64,000 bases of DNA from an uncultured delta proteobacterium (GCA_963709485.1 CAVPWE010000006.1:11550-75549); one strand, 5' to 3'. Numbered from the stretch's first letter, positions 28,845 to 40,038 are shown. Numbers and translations are program-made. The notes: generated by a model from the letters alone, not told the origin.

Positions 28845-30070
28845 AATACGTCATTCTGCTCGGCGACGGGATGAACGACTACCCCGTGGAGAAACTGGGG
28901 GGCAAGACGCCGCTCGAGTTCGCCCGCACGCCGAACATGGACCGCATGGCCGGCGAAGGGACCCTCGGCCTGATCGACACCATTCCGTCCGGTCTCAAGC
29001 CGGGCAGCGATGTGGCCAACCTCTCCGTGCTGGGCTACGATCCCGTCGAATGCTATGCGGGCCGGGGACCGCTGGAAGCGGCCAACATGGGCGTCGCGCT
29101 CGGGCCGGACGACATCGCCTTCCGCTGCAACCTGGTGACCCTGGGGCCGGAACCGGACCCGGTCATGGCGGACTTCACCGCCGGCCACATCAGTTCCGAA
29201 GAGGCCGCCCGCGTCATCGCCGACCTCGACAAGTCCCTGGGAAACGCTGCCTTTCAGTTCTATCCCGGTGTCAGCTACCGGCACCTGATGGTCTGGCGAA
29301 ACGGCAGGGGCCCTCTGGAGACGACGCCTCCCCATGACATCACTGGAAAGGCGACCGGCAGCTATCTTCCCAGGGGAGCGGGCGAGGCGGAGATCAACGA
29401 TCTGATGCAGCGCTCCCGGAACGTCTTGAAAAATCATCCGGTCAGTCAGGCCCGGCTTGCAGCCGGGAAAAAGCAGCCCACCTCGATCTGGCTGTGGGGG
29501 CAGGGCAGGGCGCCCCGAATGGTCCGATTGACCGATCAGTACGGATTCCGGGGCGGGGTGATCTCGGCGGTGGACCTTCTGAACGGGATCGGCGTCTATG
29601 CAGGGCTGCAGGTGATCCGGGTGACTGGCGCAACGGGCTACACGGACACCAACTACATCGGGAAGGCGGAGGCGGCGCTGGCCGCTCTGAGAGAGATGGA
29701 TTTCGTCTTTGTCCACGTGGAAGCGCCCGATGAAATGAGCCATGAAGGCAATCTGGAAGGGAAAATCCGGGCGATCGAGGATTTCGACGACAAGGTTGTG
29801 GGAACCGTCCTGCAAGGGATCGGGACGTTCGCCGACTGGCGCGTCATGGCCCTGAGCGACCATCCGACCCCGCTGAAGATCCGTACGCACGCGGCAGACC
29901 CCAGCGCCTTTGCCGTCCTGTCTTCTTCCGTTCACGAGAACATGAAAAAGGGATCGTCGTTCCATGAGAAAGACGCCCGCGCCGGCGGCATCCTGATCAG
30001 CCCGGGTCATGGGCTCATGGACCTGTTCATCCGAAACTGGAAAACCTTTATTGCAGAAAATCGTCCCTAA
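28841..30070 (+). CDS. apgM: Cofactor-independent phosphoglycerate mutase family (ApgM; proposed homoserine kinase clade)
   Basis: GDGM, TPNMD, PGSDVA, GVSYRH, HVEAPDEMSHEG, SDHPTP; overlaps hom stop. Confidence 0.85.
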   Translation: MKYVILLGDGMNDYPVEKLGGKTPLEFARTPNMDRMAGEGTLGLIDTIPSGLKPGSDVANLSVLGYDPVECYAGRGPLEAANMGVALGPDDIAFRCNLVTLGPEPDPVMADFTAGHISSEEAARVIADLDKSLGNAAFQFYPGVSYRHLMVWRNGRGPLETTPPHDITGKATGSYLPRGAGEAEINDLMQRSRNVLKNHPVSQARLAAGKKQPTSIWLWGQGRAPRMVRLTDQYGFRGGVISAVDLLNGIGVYAGLQVIRVTGATGYTDTNYIGKAEAALAALREMDFVFVHVEAPDEMSHEGNLEGKIRAIEDFDDKVVGTVLQGIGTFADWRVMALSDHPTPLKIRTHAADPSAFAVLSSSVHENMKKGSSFHEKDARAGGILISPGHGLMDLFIRNWKTFIAENRP

Positions 30071-30110
30071 GGTCCGTGCGATCCATAGGGCAGACGGTAA
30101 GGAGAAAAAG

Positions 30111-30767
30111 ATGGCGGGAAAATTATCGAAACAGGAGCTGAAAGAACCGGATAAATTTCAGGTCATGCTGGCAAGAGTCATGACCTGGGTGACGGAGAAC
30201 AAACAGAAGATTTACGTCATTTCGGGGAGTGTGACCGTCATTCTGCTCATTGCCGCAGGCTGGTACATCTACAGCCTCAACTATGAAAAGAGCGCCCAGC
30301 AGATCTACGCCCGCGTTTACGGATCTCCTGCAGCGGAGAACCCTGTTGCTGTCTACAAAGAGGTCATCTCCCAGTACCCCCGCAGTCATGCCGCTGCCAT
30401 CGCCCACTACCGGCTGGCCAGCGTTCATTACCTGCAGAACGACTTCGATGCCGCGATCAAGGCGTATGAGGCATTCCTCAGACAGACTTCCGACAGCAAC
30501 GAGTTGAAGCCGCTGGCATATGCCGGCCTGGGCTATTGCTACGAATCGAAAAACGACCTCAAGAACGCCCTGGCCAATTTTGAAAAGGCGGCGAGCCTGA
30601 AATCGGGACAGATCCTTGAAGGCATGAATCAGCAGAACATCGCCCGCATTTACGAAGCCATGAACGACCGGGCAAAAGCCCTCGATCATTACCAGAAGGC
30701 CCTCGGGAAGAATGTCGATCCCGCCTCGGAACTGCTGATCAAGAGAAAAATTGCGACGCTGAGCTGA
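30111..30767 (+). CDS. Membrane-anchored TPR protein (YfgM-like)
   Basis: KQELKEPDKF, one TM segment, TPR-like repeats. Confidence 0.75.
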   Translation: MAGKLSKQELKEPDKFQVMLARVMTWVTENKQKIYVISGSVTVILLIAAGWYIYSLNYEKSAQQIYARVYGSPAAENPVAVYKEVISQYPRSHAAAIAHYRLASVHYLQNDFDAAIKAYEAFLRQTSDSNELKPLAYAGLGYCYESKNDLKNALANFEKAASLKSGQILEGMNQQNIARIYEAMNDRAKALDHYQKALGKNVDPASELLIKRKIATLS

Positions 30768-30789
30768 GCTCACAAAGGAGATTTTTTCT

Positions 30790-32595
30790 ATGTCCGTTTT
30801 GATGTCTGGAAATGAGGCGATCGCCAGAGGCGCCTACGAGTGCGGGGTGCGTTTCGCATCCGGGTATCCGGGAACGCCCAGCACGGAGATCATGGAGGCC
30901 TTTGCCCGATATGACGGCGTCTATGCCGAATGGGCCCCCAATGAAAAGGTGGCCCTCGAGGTGGGCATCGGCGCCGCCCTGGCCGGCGCAAAGGCCCTGG
31001 TCACCATGAAACACGTGGGCGTCAATGTGGCGGCCGATCCCCTCTTCACGGCCAGTTACACGGGCACCAACGGAGCCCTGGTGATCATATCGGCGGACGA
31101 CCCCTCCCTGCACAGCTCACAGAATGAGCAGGACAACCGGAACTACGCGAAGTTTGCCAAGATTCCCATGCTGGAACCGGCCGATTCGCGGGAGGCGAAG
31201 CAGTTCGTCAAACTGGCTTTCGAGATCAGCGAAAAATTCGACACGCCCGTATTCCTCCGGCCCACGACGCGCGTCGCCCATTCCAAGTCGGTGGTTGAAA
31301 TGGATGAACCGCAGGCGGTGATGGACCAGACGGCCATTCAAATCAATGCCGCCAAATACGTCATGGTCCCCATCAACGCCCGCGCCCGCCGGGTGGAAGT
31401 CGAAAAGCGAACGCTGGCGCTTCGGGAATTCGCGGAGACCTTGCCCGAAAACAGGATGGAGATCAACGGCACGGAGGTCGGCATCATCACGGCGGGCATT
31501 CCCTATCATTACGCCAAGGATGTCTTCCCCGACTATTCCTACCTGAAGCTGGGCATGGTCCATCCGCTGCCGGTCCGGATGATCCGGGAATTTGCCTCAA
31601 GGGTAAAAAAAGTTTACGTGGTCGAGGAGCTGGACCCCTTCATTGAAGAGCAGGTCCGGGCCATGGGGATTGACGTCATTGGAAAAGATGTCTTTCCCTA
31701 CACGAATGAATTCGATCCCGGCGTGATTGAAAAGGCAATCCGCGGCGAGGCCCGGAAACCGCTGAGCCTGCCGGCCGTCACCATCCCGCCGCGACCGCCC
31801 AATCTCTGCCCGGGATGCCCGCATCGCGGGCTCTTTTATGTTCTCGGAAAATTGAAGGCCTTCGTGACGGGGGACATCGGCTGCTACACGCTCTCCTACA
31901 TGAAACCGCTGGAAGGCCTGCATTCCTGCATCTGCATGGGGGCCAGCATCGGCATGGCCCACGGCATGAGCAAGGCCCTGAAGGAAAAGGGCAAAGGGAA
32001 AGTCGTGGGAGTGATCGGCGACTCCACCTTCATCCATTCCGGAATCACGCCGCTCCTGAACATGGCCTACAACAAGGGCGATGCCGTCATCGTCATTGCG
32101 GACAACCGGACCACAGCCATGACAGGCATGCAGGAACATCCGGCAACCGGCTTCACCCTGCAGGGCGAGCAGACCAAACAACTGGATTTTGCGGGGCTGG
32201 CTGCCGCGCTGGGTGTCGAAAGCGTCCGCACCATCGATCCCTACGACATCAAACAGACGCGGAGCGTCATGAAGGAAGAACTGGCCAGACCGGGCGCATC
32301 GGTGGTGATTTCAAACCGGTCCTGCGTCCTGTTCAAGCGGCACCGGACCGGCCCGCAGAAACCGCTTCGTGTCGATCCGGAAAAATGCATCGGTTGCAAG
32401 GTCTGTCTCGGCCTCGGCTGCCCCCCGATTTCCTGGAGGAAGTTCGAAGATATGCCGGAAAGCGAGATCCGGAAAAATGCAAAGAAACAGGAAGGCCATT
32501 CCGTTATCGACCGGAATCTCTGCAACGGCTGCACGGTGTGCCGGCAGCTTTGCAAGACCGGCGCCATCGGTGAGGAGGATTCGGCAAATGAATAA
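30790..32595 (+). CDS. iorA: Indolepyruvate:ferredoxin oxidoreductase alpha subunit
   Basis: GNEAIARG, YPGTPSTE, MKHVG, SSQNEQD, CPGCPH, GDIGCY, GDSTF, TAMTG, two ferredoxin CxxCxxC motifs. Confidence 0.95.
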   Translation: MSVLMSGNEAIARGAYECGVRFASGYPGTPSTEIMEAFARYDGVYAEWAPNEKVALEVGIGAALAGAKALVTMKHVGVNVAADPLFTASYTGTNGALVIISADDPSLHSSQNEQDNRNYAKFAKIPMLEPADSREAKQFVKLAFEISEKFDTPVFLRPTTRVAHSKSVVEMDEPQAVMDQTAIQINAAKYVMVPINARARRVEVEKRTLALREFAETLPENRMEINGTEVGIITAGIPYHYAKDVFPDYSYLKLGMVHPLPVRMIREFASRVKKVYVVEELDPFIEEQVRAMGIDVIGKDVFPYTNEFDPGVIEKAIRGEARKPLSLPAVTIPPRPPNLCPGCPHRGLFYVLGKLKAFVTGDIGCYTLSYMKPLEGLHSCICMGASIGMAHGMSKALKEKGKGKVVGVIGDSTFIHSGITPLLNMAYNKGDAVIVIADNRTTAMTGMQEHPATGFTLQGEQTKQLDFAGLAAALGVESVRTIDPYDIKQTRSVMKEELARPGASVVISNRSCVLFKRHRTGPQKPLRVDPEKCIGCKVCLGLGCPPISWRKFEDMPESEIRKNAKKQEGHSVIDRNLCNGCTVCRQLCKTGAIGEEDSANE

Positions 32596-33166
32596 CGAGG
32601 TTAGAAGCATCCTGCTGGCCGGCGTCGGCGGCCAGGGCATCCTTCGGGCCAGCGACATCCTCTGCCTGGCCTTCATGGAATCCGGCCTGGATGTGAAAAA
32701 AAGCGAGGTGCACGGCATGGCCCAGCGGGGCGGCTGCGTCACCAGCCATGTCCGTTACGGACGCAGGGTTCACTCGCCGATCGCGAAAAAAGGCGATGTG
32801 GAAATCCTGGTGTCCTTTGAAAAACTTGAGGCCCTGCGCTACCTGGATTACCTGAACCAGGATGCTGTGATCATTATCAACGAAGAGGAAATCTACCCTC
32901 CGTCGGTCAATCTCGGCGATGCGAAGTACCCGGACCATATCGGCGAAACGATCAGCCGTCATTTCAAGACGGTCAAAATGATCGACGCCCAGGCAATTGC
33001 CCGTGAAGCCGGAAACGCCAGGGCCGTCAACACGGCGCTGCTCGGCGTTTTATCCAATTCCCTCAGCATAAAAAGCGACGTCTGGGAAAAGGTCCTGCGG
33101 GAAGCCTTTCCCGAAAAGGCGCTGAAGGCAAACCTGAAAGCCTTCCAACTGGGTCGGGTAGCCTGA
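32588..33166 (+). CDS. iorB: Indolepyruvate:ferredoxin oxidoreductase beta subunit
   Basis: GVGGQG, SEVHGMAQRGG, FEKLEALR. Confidence 0.95.
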   Translation: MNNEVRSILLAGVGGQGILRASDILCLAFMESGLDVKKSEVHGMAQRGGCVTSHVRYGRRVHSPIAKKGDVEILVSFEKLEALRYLDYLNQDAVIIINEEEIYPPSVNLGDAKYPDHIGETISRHFKTVKMIDAQAIAREAGNARAVNTALLGVLSNSLSIKSDVWEKVLREAFPEKALKANLKAFQLGRVA

Positions 33167-33178
33167 AGGTCCGCCTTT

Positions 33179-33206
33179 AATGAGAATTCAGAAATGAGAA
33201 TTCAGA
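33179..33206. repeat. Perfect 14-bp tandem duplication AATGAGAATTCAGA x2
   Basis: 33179-33192 and 33193-33206 are identical. Confidence 0.9.
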
Positions 33207-33249
33207 TCACCATAGATATTGATCAAATTGTCCATCCTTGAGGAGTCAC

Positions 33250-34206
33250 ATGGGAGAAGATTACTACAAAATACTCGGTGTGGAAAAGAGCGCGACCGAA
33301 GAGGACATCAAGAAGGCTTACCGGAAGCTGGCGATGAAGTTCCATCCGGACCGGAACCCCGGAAACAAGCAGGCCGAAGAGAAATTCAAGAAAATCAGCG
33401 AAGCCTACGCCGTTCTGAGTGACCAGGAAAAACGAAAGCAATACGACAGCTTCGGCTCAGATGCCTTCCGCCAGCGCTACAGTCAGGAAGATATTTTCAG
33501 AAATTTCGATCTGAACGACATTTTAAGGGAATTCGGTTTCGGCGGCTTTGGCGGGGCCCGGACTTCCCGCACATATTCCGGTGGACGCGGCGGACGCACC
33601 TATACCTATTCGCAGGGAGGAAGCGACCCCTTCAGCGATCTCTTCGGCGGCGGGAGACAGCAGCAGTACAGCCAGATGCCCCAAAAAGGCCAGGATATTG
33701 AATACAACCTATTGATTACATTGGAAGAATCCGTATTCGGGACTGAGAAGAAACTGGCCCTGCAGAAAGAGGATCGCATCGAGGAGATCAACATCAAGAT
33801 CCCGGCCGGCATCAGCAGCGGAAAGAAACTGCGGCTGACCGGAAAGGGCTCGGCGGGTTTTAATCAGGGTCCGCAGGGAGATCTTTATCTGAACATCACG
33901 ATCCAGCCGCATCCGATCTTTGCCCGGGACGGGAATGACATCTATGTGGAAAAGTCAGTTCACTTTTCCCAGGCCGCCCTGGGAAGCAGCATCGACGTCC
34001 CGACCATCGACGGCACGATGAAGAGAATCCGGATCCCTGCCGGAACCCAGAACAATACGAAGATAAGAATGAAGGGGTTCGGCGTTCCCGTCCTGAAAGG
34101 CGGCGGCAAGGGAGATCAGTTCGTGAAAATTTCCATTGACGTGCCAAAGAAGCTTACGGACAAACAGTCGCAGCTTATTAAAAAGCTGAGTGAGGAAGGA
34201 CTTTAA
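33250..34206 (+). CDS. Class B J-domain protein (CbpA/DnaJ-like, no zinc finger)
   Basis: [13 protein letters not shown]-rich linker, DnaJ_C (GDLYL, GDQFV); no CxxCxGxG repeats. Confidence 0.9.
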   Translation: MGEDYYKILGVEKSATEEDIKKAYRKLAMKFHPDRNPGNKQAEEKFKKISEAYAVLSDQEKRKQYDSFGSDAFRQRYSQEDIFRNFDLNDILREFGFGGFGGARTSRTYSGGRGGRTYTYSQGGSDPFSDLFGGGRQQQYSQMPQKGQDIEYNLLITLEESVFGTEKKLALQKEDRIEEINIKIPAGISSGKKLRLTGKGSAGFNQGPQGDLYLNITIQPHPIFARDGNDIYVEKSVHFSQAALGSSIDVPTIDGTMKRIRIPAGTQNNTKIRMKGFGVPVLKGGGKGDQFVKISIDVPKKLTDKQSQLIKKLSEEGL

Positions 34207-34330
34207 AGACAGGCCGATAATGCGAACGATTGTATGGATAAATAATGATATGAATTCGCAGGCACATTTATATTGTGTCGTATAAGATATGTTATGTAAA
34301 CTTACAGCGTGATTCACCGATACTTTATCT

Positions 34331-35050
34331 TTAAATCAGCTCCATCTTCCCCCACACGCCTATTTCCGCTCCCAAGATAATCAGAATCCCCAGTACGCCT
34401 TTTATTCCGGATCCCAGGGAAATCGCTTTCCGAATGTCGGCTTTTGTTTTGCTGACGTTCCCGATCGCTGTCGCAGCCGCATCCGCCAGGGATGCGGACC
34501 GGGACTTCACGCAGACGGCATCGGCTCTTCCAAAACTCAATGATGGCCCCACTGTTGCGGATGAGGTGCATATTCCCACGGGCGTATCCGAGGGACTGAT
34601 TCTCAAGGCGATCTTGTTACTCAGCGGGGAATCTCCGGCAAAAATACCAACTGTTATTTCTTTCATTGATTTCAAGAAGATATCCCCGCCATTCTCAACA
34701 ATCACATTGGGGGTAATTGAGAGAAGATCATAGCCCACACGTTCCGCAATGGCACCGGCCACTGACGCCATAGGCCCCACGCCGGCCATCCGGGAAGCTC
34801 TCAGCATGTCCCTGACAATATCCGGAGCCAACTCATCACGGCCAAGCGGTGTCAGCGATGTCAAAAAATCGGGATGGCTTTTGATATACGATTCCAGGTG
34901 ACTCCGGTATGTGTGGACGGATCGAAGCGCCTCTTGTTTCAAATCACTGTCCGAACTGATGTAAAGATCCGTTTCACGAACCTTCACCTGATAGGATAGA
35001 AGGTCATGGTTCAAGATCTTATTGCGGTACGTTCTTTCGGTGAATCTCAT
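34331..35050 (-). CDS. UPF0280 / ApbE-like protein
   Basis: VGPMASVAGAIAE, ENGGDI, GICTSSATVGPSLSFG, ADAAATA. Confidence 0.88.
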   Translation of the reverse strand: MRFTERTYRNKILNHDLLSYQVKVRETDLYISSDSDLKQEALRSVHTYRSHLESYIKSHPDFLTSLTPLGRDELAPDIVRDMLRASRMAGVGPMASVAGAIAERVGYDLLSITPNVIVENGGDIFLKSMKEITVGIFAGDSPLSNKIALRISPSDTPVGICTSSATVGPSLSFGRADAVCVKSRSASLADAAATAIGNVSKTKADIRKAISLGSGIKGVLGILIILGAEIGVWGKMELI

Positions 35051-35066
35051 GAATGATTTGGCAGCG

Positions 35067-38000
35067 TCAAATGAACTGTGTGGCGCCCGCCCCGAGAATC
35101 CGGTCGGCTTCTTTTTTCAGAAGCCCGGAAGGTTCCAGCTTGCAGTTCATGCCGAGATAGATGACCGTCCTGCTTTGTCCGCTCAGAAGATCGATGAATC
35201 CGTCCGCTTTTCCGGAATGTTTTTCCAGCATGCGCTTTAACGCTTCCAGCGTCTCAACGGTTAATCGTCCGGTTTCGAATCTGAAATGAACGGCACGGGG
35301 CGGCTGATCGATGGCACTGGCGAGGGTTTCGATTTCCGAAGCGATTACCTTGACATTCTTGGCCTTGCCGCTGTTGAAAGAGTGAGGGTCGGCGCCACTG
35401 ACATCCTCTTCGGAAACATCGACCACTCCCCTCACAAGGACGGGATCTTCACCGTGCAGCAGGGGATAAGCTCTTTTATATACATCGGCAAAAAAGATCA
35501 CCGTGAGGGAACCTTTCAGGTCTTCGAGCGTGACATAGGCCATGACATCTTTTTTCTTTGTCGTGACTTCACGGATATGGCTGACGATGCCGCAGACGGC
35601 AACTTCATCCTTGTCATTTTTGTCCAGAATGGTCACCGCATCCGCATTCGTCACGAGCGAGAGCTGGCCCGCGAATCTGGAAAGAGGATGCCCCGTGACG
35701 TAGAAGCCGAGCGTTTCCTTTTCATAGGCCAGCAATTCCTTGTGATCCCATTCCGGAACGGCGGGCATGAAAGATGGATGCGGCGGGTCTGCATTCAAAC
35801 CGTCCCGCTGATCCAGTTGATCGAAGATGCTTCCCTGCCCGCTGCTCTTTTCCTTGCGGAGGCGCTGGGCCAGTTCCATGATTTCTTCATAAGAAGCCAT
35901 GAGCTGGCTTCTCTTGTGCCCGAGAGAATCGAAGGCGCCGCACTTGATCAGGCTTTCGACCACCCGCTTGTTGATCTTCCGCGGATCCACCTGTCCACAG
36001 AAATGATCAAAGGAATGAAATTTCCCCTGACGGTTGCGGGCATCGATGATGGCGTCAATGGCGCCGACGCCCACATTTTTCACGGCGGCCAGGCCGAAGC
36101 GGATGTGTGCGCCGGATACGCTGAAATCCCGCAGCGATTCATTGATGTCCGGGGGAAGGACGTTGATGCCCATTTCCTTGCAGCCGGCAATGTGCTTGAT
36201 GATTTTGTCGCGGTTGTCTTTTTCGCTGGTCAGAAGGGCCGCCATGAATTCCGCGGGGTAATGCGCCTTCAGGTAGGCCGTCTGATAGGATATCATCGCA
36301 TAGGCCGTGCTGTGGGACTTGTTGAATCCGTACTCGGCAAACGTCTCCATCTGCTCCCAGATTTTTTTGGCTTTCTGCTCCGGTATTTTTTTAATCTTGG
36401 CGCCCTGGAGGAATTTCGGCTTCTCCTTCTCCATTTCCTCGGGCTTCTTCTTGCTCATGACCTTCCGGAGCGTGTCCGCTTCCGCCATCGTGTAATGGCC
36501 GATCATGCTGGCAATCTGCATCACCTGTTCCTGGTAGACGATGACGCCGTAGGTTTCCTTCAGGATGGCTTCGAGCTCGGGAACTTCGTAGGCAATCCGG
36601 GTCCTCCCCTGTTTCCGGCTGATGAACTCAGGCACCATGTTCATCGGACCGGGACGGTAAAGCGCGATCAGGGCAATGACATCCTCGATGCAGTCCGGCT
36701 TCATTTTGACCAGGGTATCCTTCATGCCCGTGCTTTCCAGCTGAAAAACCCCGTCCGTGTCGCCGCGCATCAGCAGTTGGTACGTTTTTTCGTCATCCAG
36801 CGGCAGCGAATCAATATCGATGTCGTCCCCCCTCCCCTCTTTTACGATCTGGAGGGTGTTTTTGATGACGGTGAGGGTCTTCAAACCCAGAAAATCGAAT
36901 TTCGTCAAACCGACCGTCTGGATGCCGTCCATGGCAAACTGCGTGACCACGTCATCCTTCGGCGAACAGAGTGGCACCCGCTCCACAAGCGGGACATCGG
37001 AAATGACGACGCCGGCCGCATGGGTCGAGGCGTGACGGTTCAAACCCTCCAGCAGACGCGAAAGCGACAGCAGCCTGCTGACTTTCGGGTTTTTTCTCTC
37101 TTCCTCCTGCAGACGCGGCTCTTTCATCGCCTCTTCGAGCGTAATGTTGAGCTGGTTCGGGACCAGTTTGGCAATGGCATCCACTTCCCCATAGGGCATG
37201 TTCAGCGCCCGGCCGACGTCGCGGATGACCCCTCTGGCCTGCATCTTCCCGAAGGTGATGATTTGGGACACTTTGTCGGTGCCATATTTTTCCATCACGT
37301 AACGGATGATTTCGTCCCGTCGCTCCTGGCAGAAGTCAATGTCGATATCGGGCATGCTGACGCGATCGGGATTGAGGAAACGTTCGAAGAAAAGCCCGTA
37401 GCGAATGGGATCGATTTTCGTTATCCCGAGGGCATAGGCCACCAGGCTGCCCGCTGCCGAACCGCGCCCGGGACCGACGGGAATGTCCTGCTGCCTGGCA
37501 TAGCCGACAAAATCCGATACAATCAGGAAATAACCGGCAAACCCCATTGATTTGATCATATCCAGTTCTTCCTGGAGGCGTCTTTCGTATTTCTCCGGAA
37601 GCGTGCCGTTGCCCCTGCCCTTCATGATTTTCGGCATCAGCTCCCGAAGTCCCTCCTGCGCCTTGGATTTGAGAATCTCGTCAAGCGTTTCATTCTCACT
37701 GATTTCAAAGTGCGGAAGAAAAAATTTTCCGAATTCAAAAGTCAGATTGCACCTTTCCGCAATCCTGACCGTATTGTCCAAAGCTTCCGGAGAGTGGGAG
37801 AACAGCCGCCGCATCTCCTCGGGGGACTTCAGATAGAACTGGTCCGTTGCGAACCGCATGCGCTCCTTGTCTTCCAGCGTCTTTCCGGTTTGAATACAGA
37901 GCAGGACCTCGTGGGCCTCCGCGTCTTCCCGGTTAATGTAATGGCAGTCATTGGTGGCGACAAGCGGGATGGCAAGCTCCCGGCTCAATTCGAGGAGCCC

Positions 38001-38573
38001 CCGGTTGACCGTCTTCTGATCCGGAAGGCCGTTTTCCATGATTTCAAGAAAGAAATTCTCTTCCCCAAAGATTTCACGGTATTCCGTGGCGGCCTTTCGG
38101 GCCGCCTCCATGTTTTCCTGTACCAGAAAACCGGCGACTTCACCGTGCAGGCAGGCGCTCATGCCGATGAGCCCTTCATGGTGCATCTTCAGAAGTTCCT
38201 TGTCGATGCGTGGCCGGTAATAAAATCCTTCCAGGTAACCGGCGGTGGTGAGTTTCATCAGGTTCTTGTAGCCCTGCATGCTCTTCACCAGGACCAGGAG
38301 ATGACGGGCCGATTCCCCGGAACTTCTGGTGCTCTTGTCGAAGCGGCTCCTCGGCGCAACGTACAGCTCGCAGCCGATGATGGGCTTGATACCCTGTTTG
38401 TAGGCCTGCTGGTAAAAGCTGATGGCGCCGAACATATTGCCGTGATCGGTCATGGCAATGGCCGGCATTTGATACTGTTTTACTTTCTTGAAAAGGTCAT
38501 CAAGGCGAATGGTTCCGTCGAGCAGGCTGTACTGGGTATGGACATGGAGGTGGACGAAATCGGCATGCTTCAT
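35067..38573 (-). CDS. dnaE: DNA polymerase III alpha subunit
   Basis: HLHVHTQYSLLDG (PHP), GRGSAAGS, PDIDIDF, KFDFLGL, FNKSHS. Confidence 0.97.
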   Translation of the reverse strand: MKHADFVHLHVHTQYSLLDGTIRLDDLFKKVKQYQMPAIAMTDHGNMFGAISFYQQAYKQGIKPIIGCELYVAPRSRFDKSTRSSGESARHLLVLVKSMQGYKNLMKLTTAGYLEGFYYRPRIDKELLKMHHEGLIGMSACLHGEVAGFLVQENMEAARKAATEYREIFGEENFFLEIMENGLPDQKTVNRGLLELSRELAIPLVATNDCHYINREDAEAHEVLLCIQTGKTLEDKERMRFATDQFYLKSPEEMRRLFSHSPEALDNTVRIAERCNLTFEFGKFFLPHFEISENETLDEILKSKAQEGLRELMPKIMKGRGNGTLPEKYERRLQEELDMIKSMGFAGYFLIVSDFVGYARQQDIPVGPGRGSAAGSLVAYALGITKIDPIRYGLFFERFLNPDRVSMPDIDIDFCQERRDEIIRYVMEKYGTDKVSQIITFGKMQARGVIRDVGRALNMPYGEVDAIAKLVPNQLNITLEEAMKEPRLQEEERKNPKVSRLLSLSRLLEGLNRHASTHAAGVVISDVPLVERVPLCSPKDDVVTQFAMDGIQTVGLTKFDFLGLKTLTVIKNTLQIVKEGRGDDIDIDSLPLDDEKTYQLLMRGDTDGVFQLESTGMKDTLVKMKPDCIEDVIALIALYRPGPMNMVPEFISRKQGRTRIAYEVPELEAILKETYGVIVYQEQVMQIASMIGHYTMAEADTLRKVMSKKKPEEMEKEKPKFLQGAKIKKIPEQKAKKIWEQMETFAEYGFNKSHSTAYAMISYQTAYLKAHYPAEFMAALLTSEKDNRDKIIKHIAGCKEMGINVLPPDINESLRDFSVSGAHIRFGLAAVKNVGVGAIDAIIDARNRQGKFHSFDHFCGQVDPRKINKRVVESLIKCGAFDSLGHKRSQLMASYEEIMELAQRLRKEKSSGQGSIFDQLDQRDGLNADPPHPSFMPAVPEWDHKELLAYEKETLGFYVTGHPLSRFAGQLSLVTNADAVTILDKNDKDEVAVCGIVSHIREVTTKKKDVMAYVTLEDLKGSLTVIFFADVYKRAYPLLHGEDPVLVRGVVDVSEEDVSGADPHSFNSGKAKNVKVIASEIETLASAIDQPPRAVHFRFETGRLTVETLEALKRMLEKHSGKADGFIDLLSGQSRTVIYLGMNCKLEPSGLLKKEADRILGAGATQFI

Positions 38574-38577
38574 CGGG

Positions 38578-40038
38578 TTAATCCAGCCAGTAGTTGGGCG
38601 CTTCCTTGGTAATGATGACATCATGGACGTGGCTTTCGCGGAGTCCGGCCGAGGTGATGCGCACGAACCTGGCGCGATCCCTCATTTCCTGAATGGACCG
38701 GCATCCCACATAGCCCATGCCCGCCTTGAGCCCTCCGATGAGCTGAAGGATGCTCGCCGACAGGGAACCCCGGAATGGCACCCTTCCCTCAATCCCCTCG
38801 GGAACAAGCTTTAAATTGTCTTCCATGTCGTCCTGATAGTAGCGGTCCCGGCTCCCCATCTTCATGGCCTCGAGGGATCCCATGCCGCGATAGAGCTTGT
38901 AGCTCCTTCCCTGATACAGGATTGTCTCACCGGGGCTTTCCTCCGTTCCCGCAAAGAGGCTTCCGATCATGACGGTGTGCGCGCCCGCAGCCAGCGCTTT
39001 TGCGATGTCGCCGGAAAACTTGATGCCGCCGTCGGCGATCACGGGGATGCCCATGCGGGCGGCCGCCTTGAAGGCATCCCGAATGGCGCTCATCTGGGGA
39101 ACGCCGACACCGGCGATGATCCTTGTCGTGCAGATCGAACCCGGTCCGACACCCACCTTGACGCCGTCCACGCCGGCCTCGATCAGGGCCTCCGCCCCTT
39201 CCCGAGTCGCCACGTTTCCCGCAATCAGTTCGCAATCCGGGAAGTTCCGCTTCGTGTCGCGAATCGCGTCCAGCACCCCTGCGGAATGTCCGTGTGACGT
39301 ATCGATGACGATCACATCCACCCCGGCATTCATCAGGGCTTCCACCCTCGCCTCGCGATCCAGGATCCCGACCGCAGCGCCGACGCGCAAGCGCCCCAAA
39401 GAGTCCTTGCACGCGTTCGGGTATTTCTTGATTTTCTCGATATCCTTGATGGTAATGAGACCCTTGAGGTTGTATTCGTCATCGACCACCAGCAGCTTTT
39501 CGATCCGGTGCTCGTGCAACAGCTTCTTCGAATCCTCCAGAGAAATGCTGGATTTCACGGTAACGAGGCGATCCTTGGTCATCACCTTTGAAACCGGCTG
39601 ATCGAGATTGCTTTCAAAACGCAGATCGCGGTTGGTGAGAATGCCCACGAGCTTTCGATTCTTCACCACGGGAACGCCCGAAATCCGGTAGCGGTTCATG
39701 AGATCCAGGGCCTCGCGGACTTTCTGTCCGGGTCCGATGGTAATGGGGTCCACAATCATGCCGCTTTCCGATTTCTTGACCTTGTCCACTTCCGTGACCT
39801 GTCTTTCGATGCTCATGTTCCGGTGGATGATGCCGATGCCCCCTTCCTGGGCCATGCAGATGGCAGCCCTGGATTCCGTCACTGTGTCCATGGCGGCGCT
39901 GACGATGGGGATGTTCAGGGCGATTTTTCCGGTCAAGAGGGTCGTCGTCTCAACATCTCTCGGCATAATGGCCGATTCCGCCGGAACCAGCAGGAGATCG
40001 TCAAAAGTCAGGGCTTCCTTCACATGGTCTTCCAGCAT
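38578..40038 (-). CDS. guaB: IMP dehydrogenase
   Basis: [17 protein letters not shown] pair, [22 protein letters not shown]. Confidence 0.97.
   Translation of the reverse strand: MLEDHVKEALTFDDLLLVPAESAIMPRDVETTTLLTGKIALNIPIVSAAMDTVTESRAAICMAQEGGIGIIHRNMSIERQVTEVDKVKKSESGMIVDPITIGPGQKVREALDLMNRYRISGVPVVKNRKLVGILTNRDLRFESNLDQPVSKVMTKDRLVTVKSSISLEDSKKLLHEHRIEKLLVVDDEYNLKGLITIKDIEKIKKYPNACKDSLGRLRVGAAVGILDREARVEALMNAGVDVIVIDTSHGHSAGVLDAIRDTKRNFPDCELIAGNVATREGAEALIEAGVDGVKVGVGPGSICTTRIIAGVGVPQMSAIRDAFKAAARMGIPVIADGGIKFSGDIAKALAAGAHTVMIGSLFAGTEESPGETILYQGRSYKLYRGMGSLEAMKMGSRDRYYQDDMEDNLKLVPEGIEGRVPFRGSLSASILQLIGGLKAGMGYVGCRSIQEMRDRARFVRITSAGLRESHVHDVIITKEAPNYWLD

Noticed and set aside
35286-37550. 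754-aa plus-strand ORF, and similar long antisense ORFs (6718-8424, 22570-23931, 27303-28736, 28589-30010, 57364-58722)
   Set aside because: They lie opposite well-supported genes, have no motifs, and are expected shadows of GC-biased codon usage.
35067-38573. Intein in DnaE
   Set aside because: Normal length, with no splice or homing endonuclease motifs.
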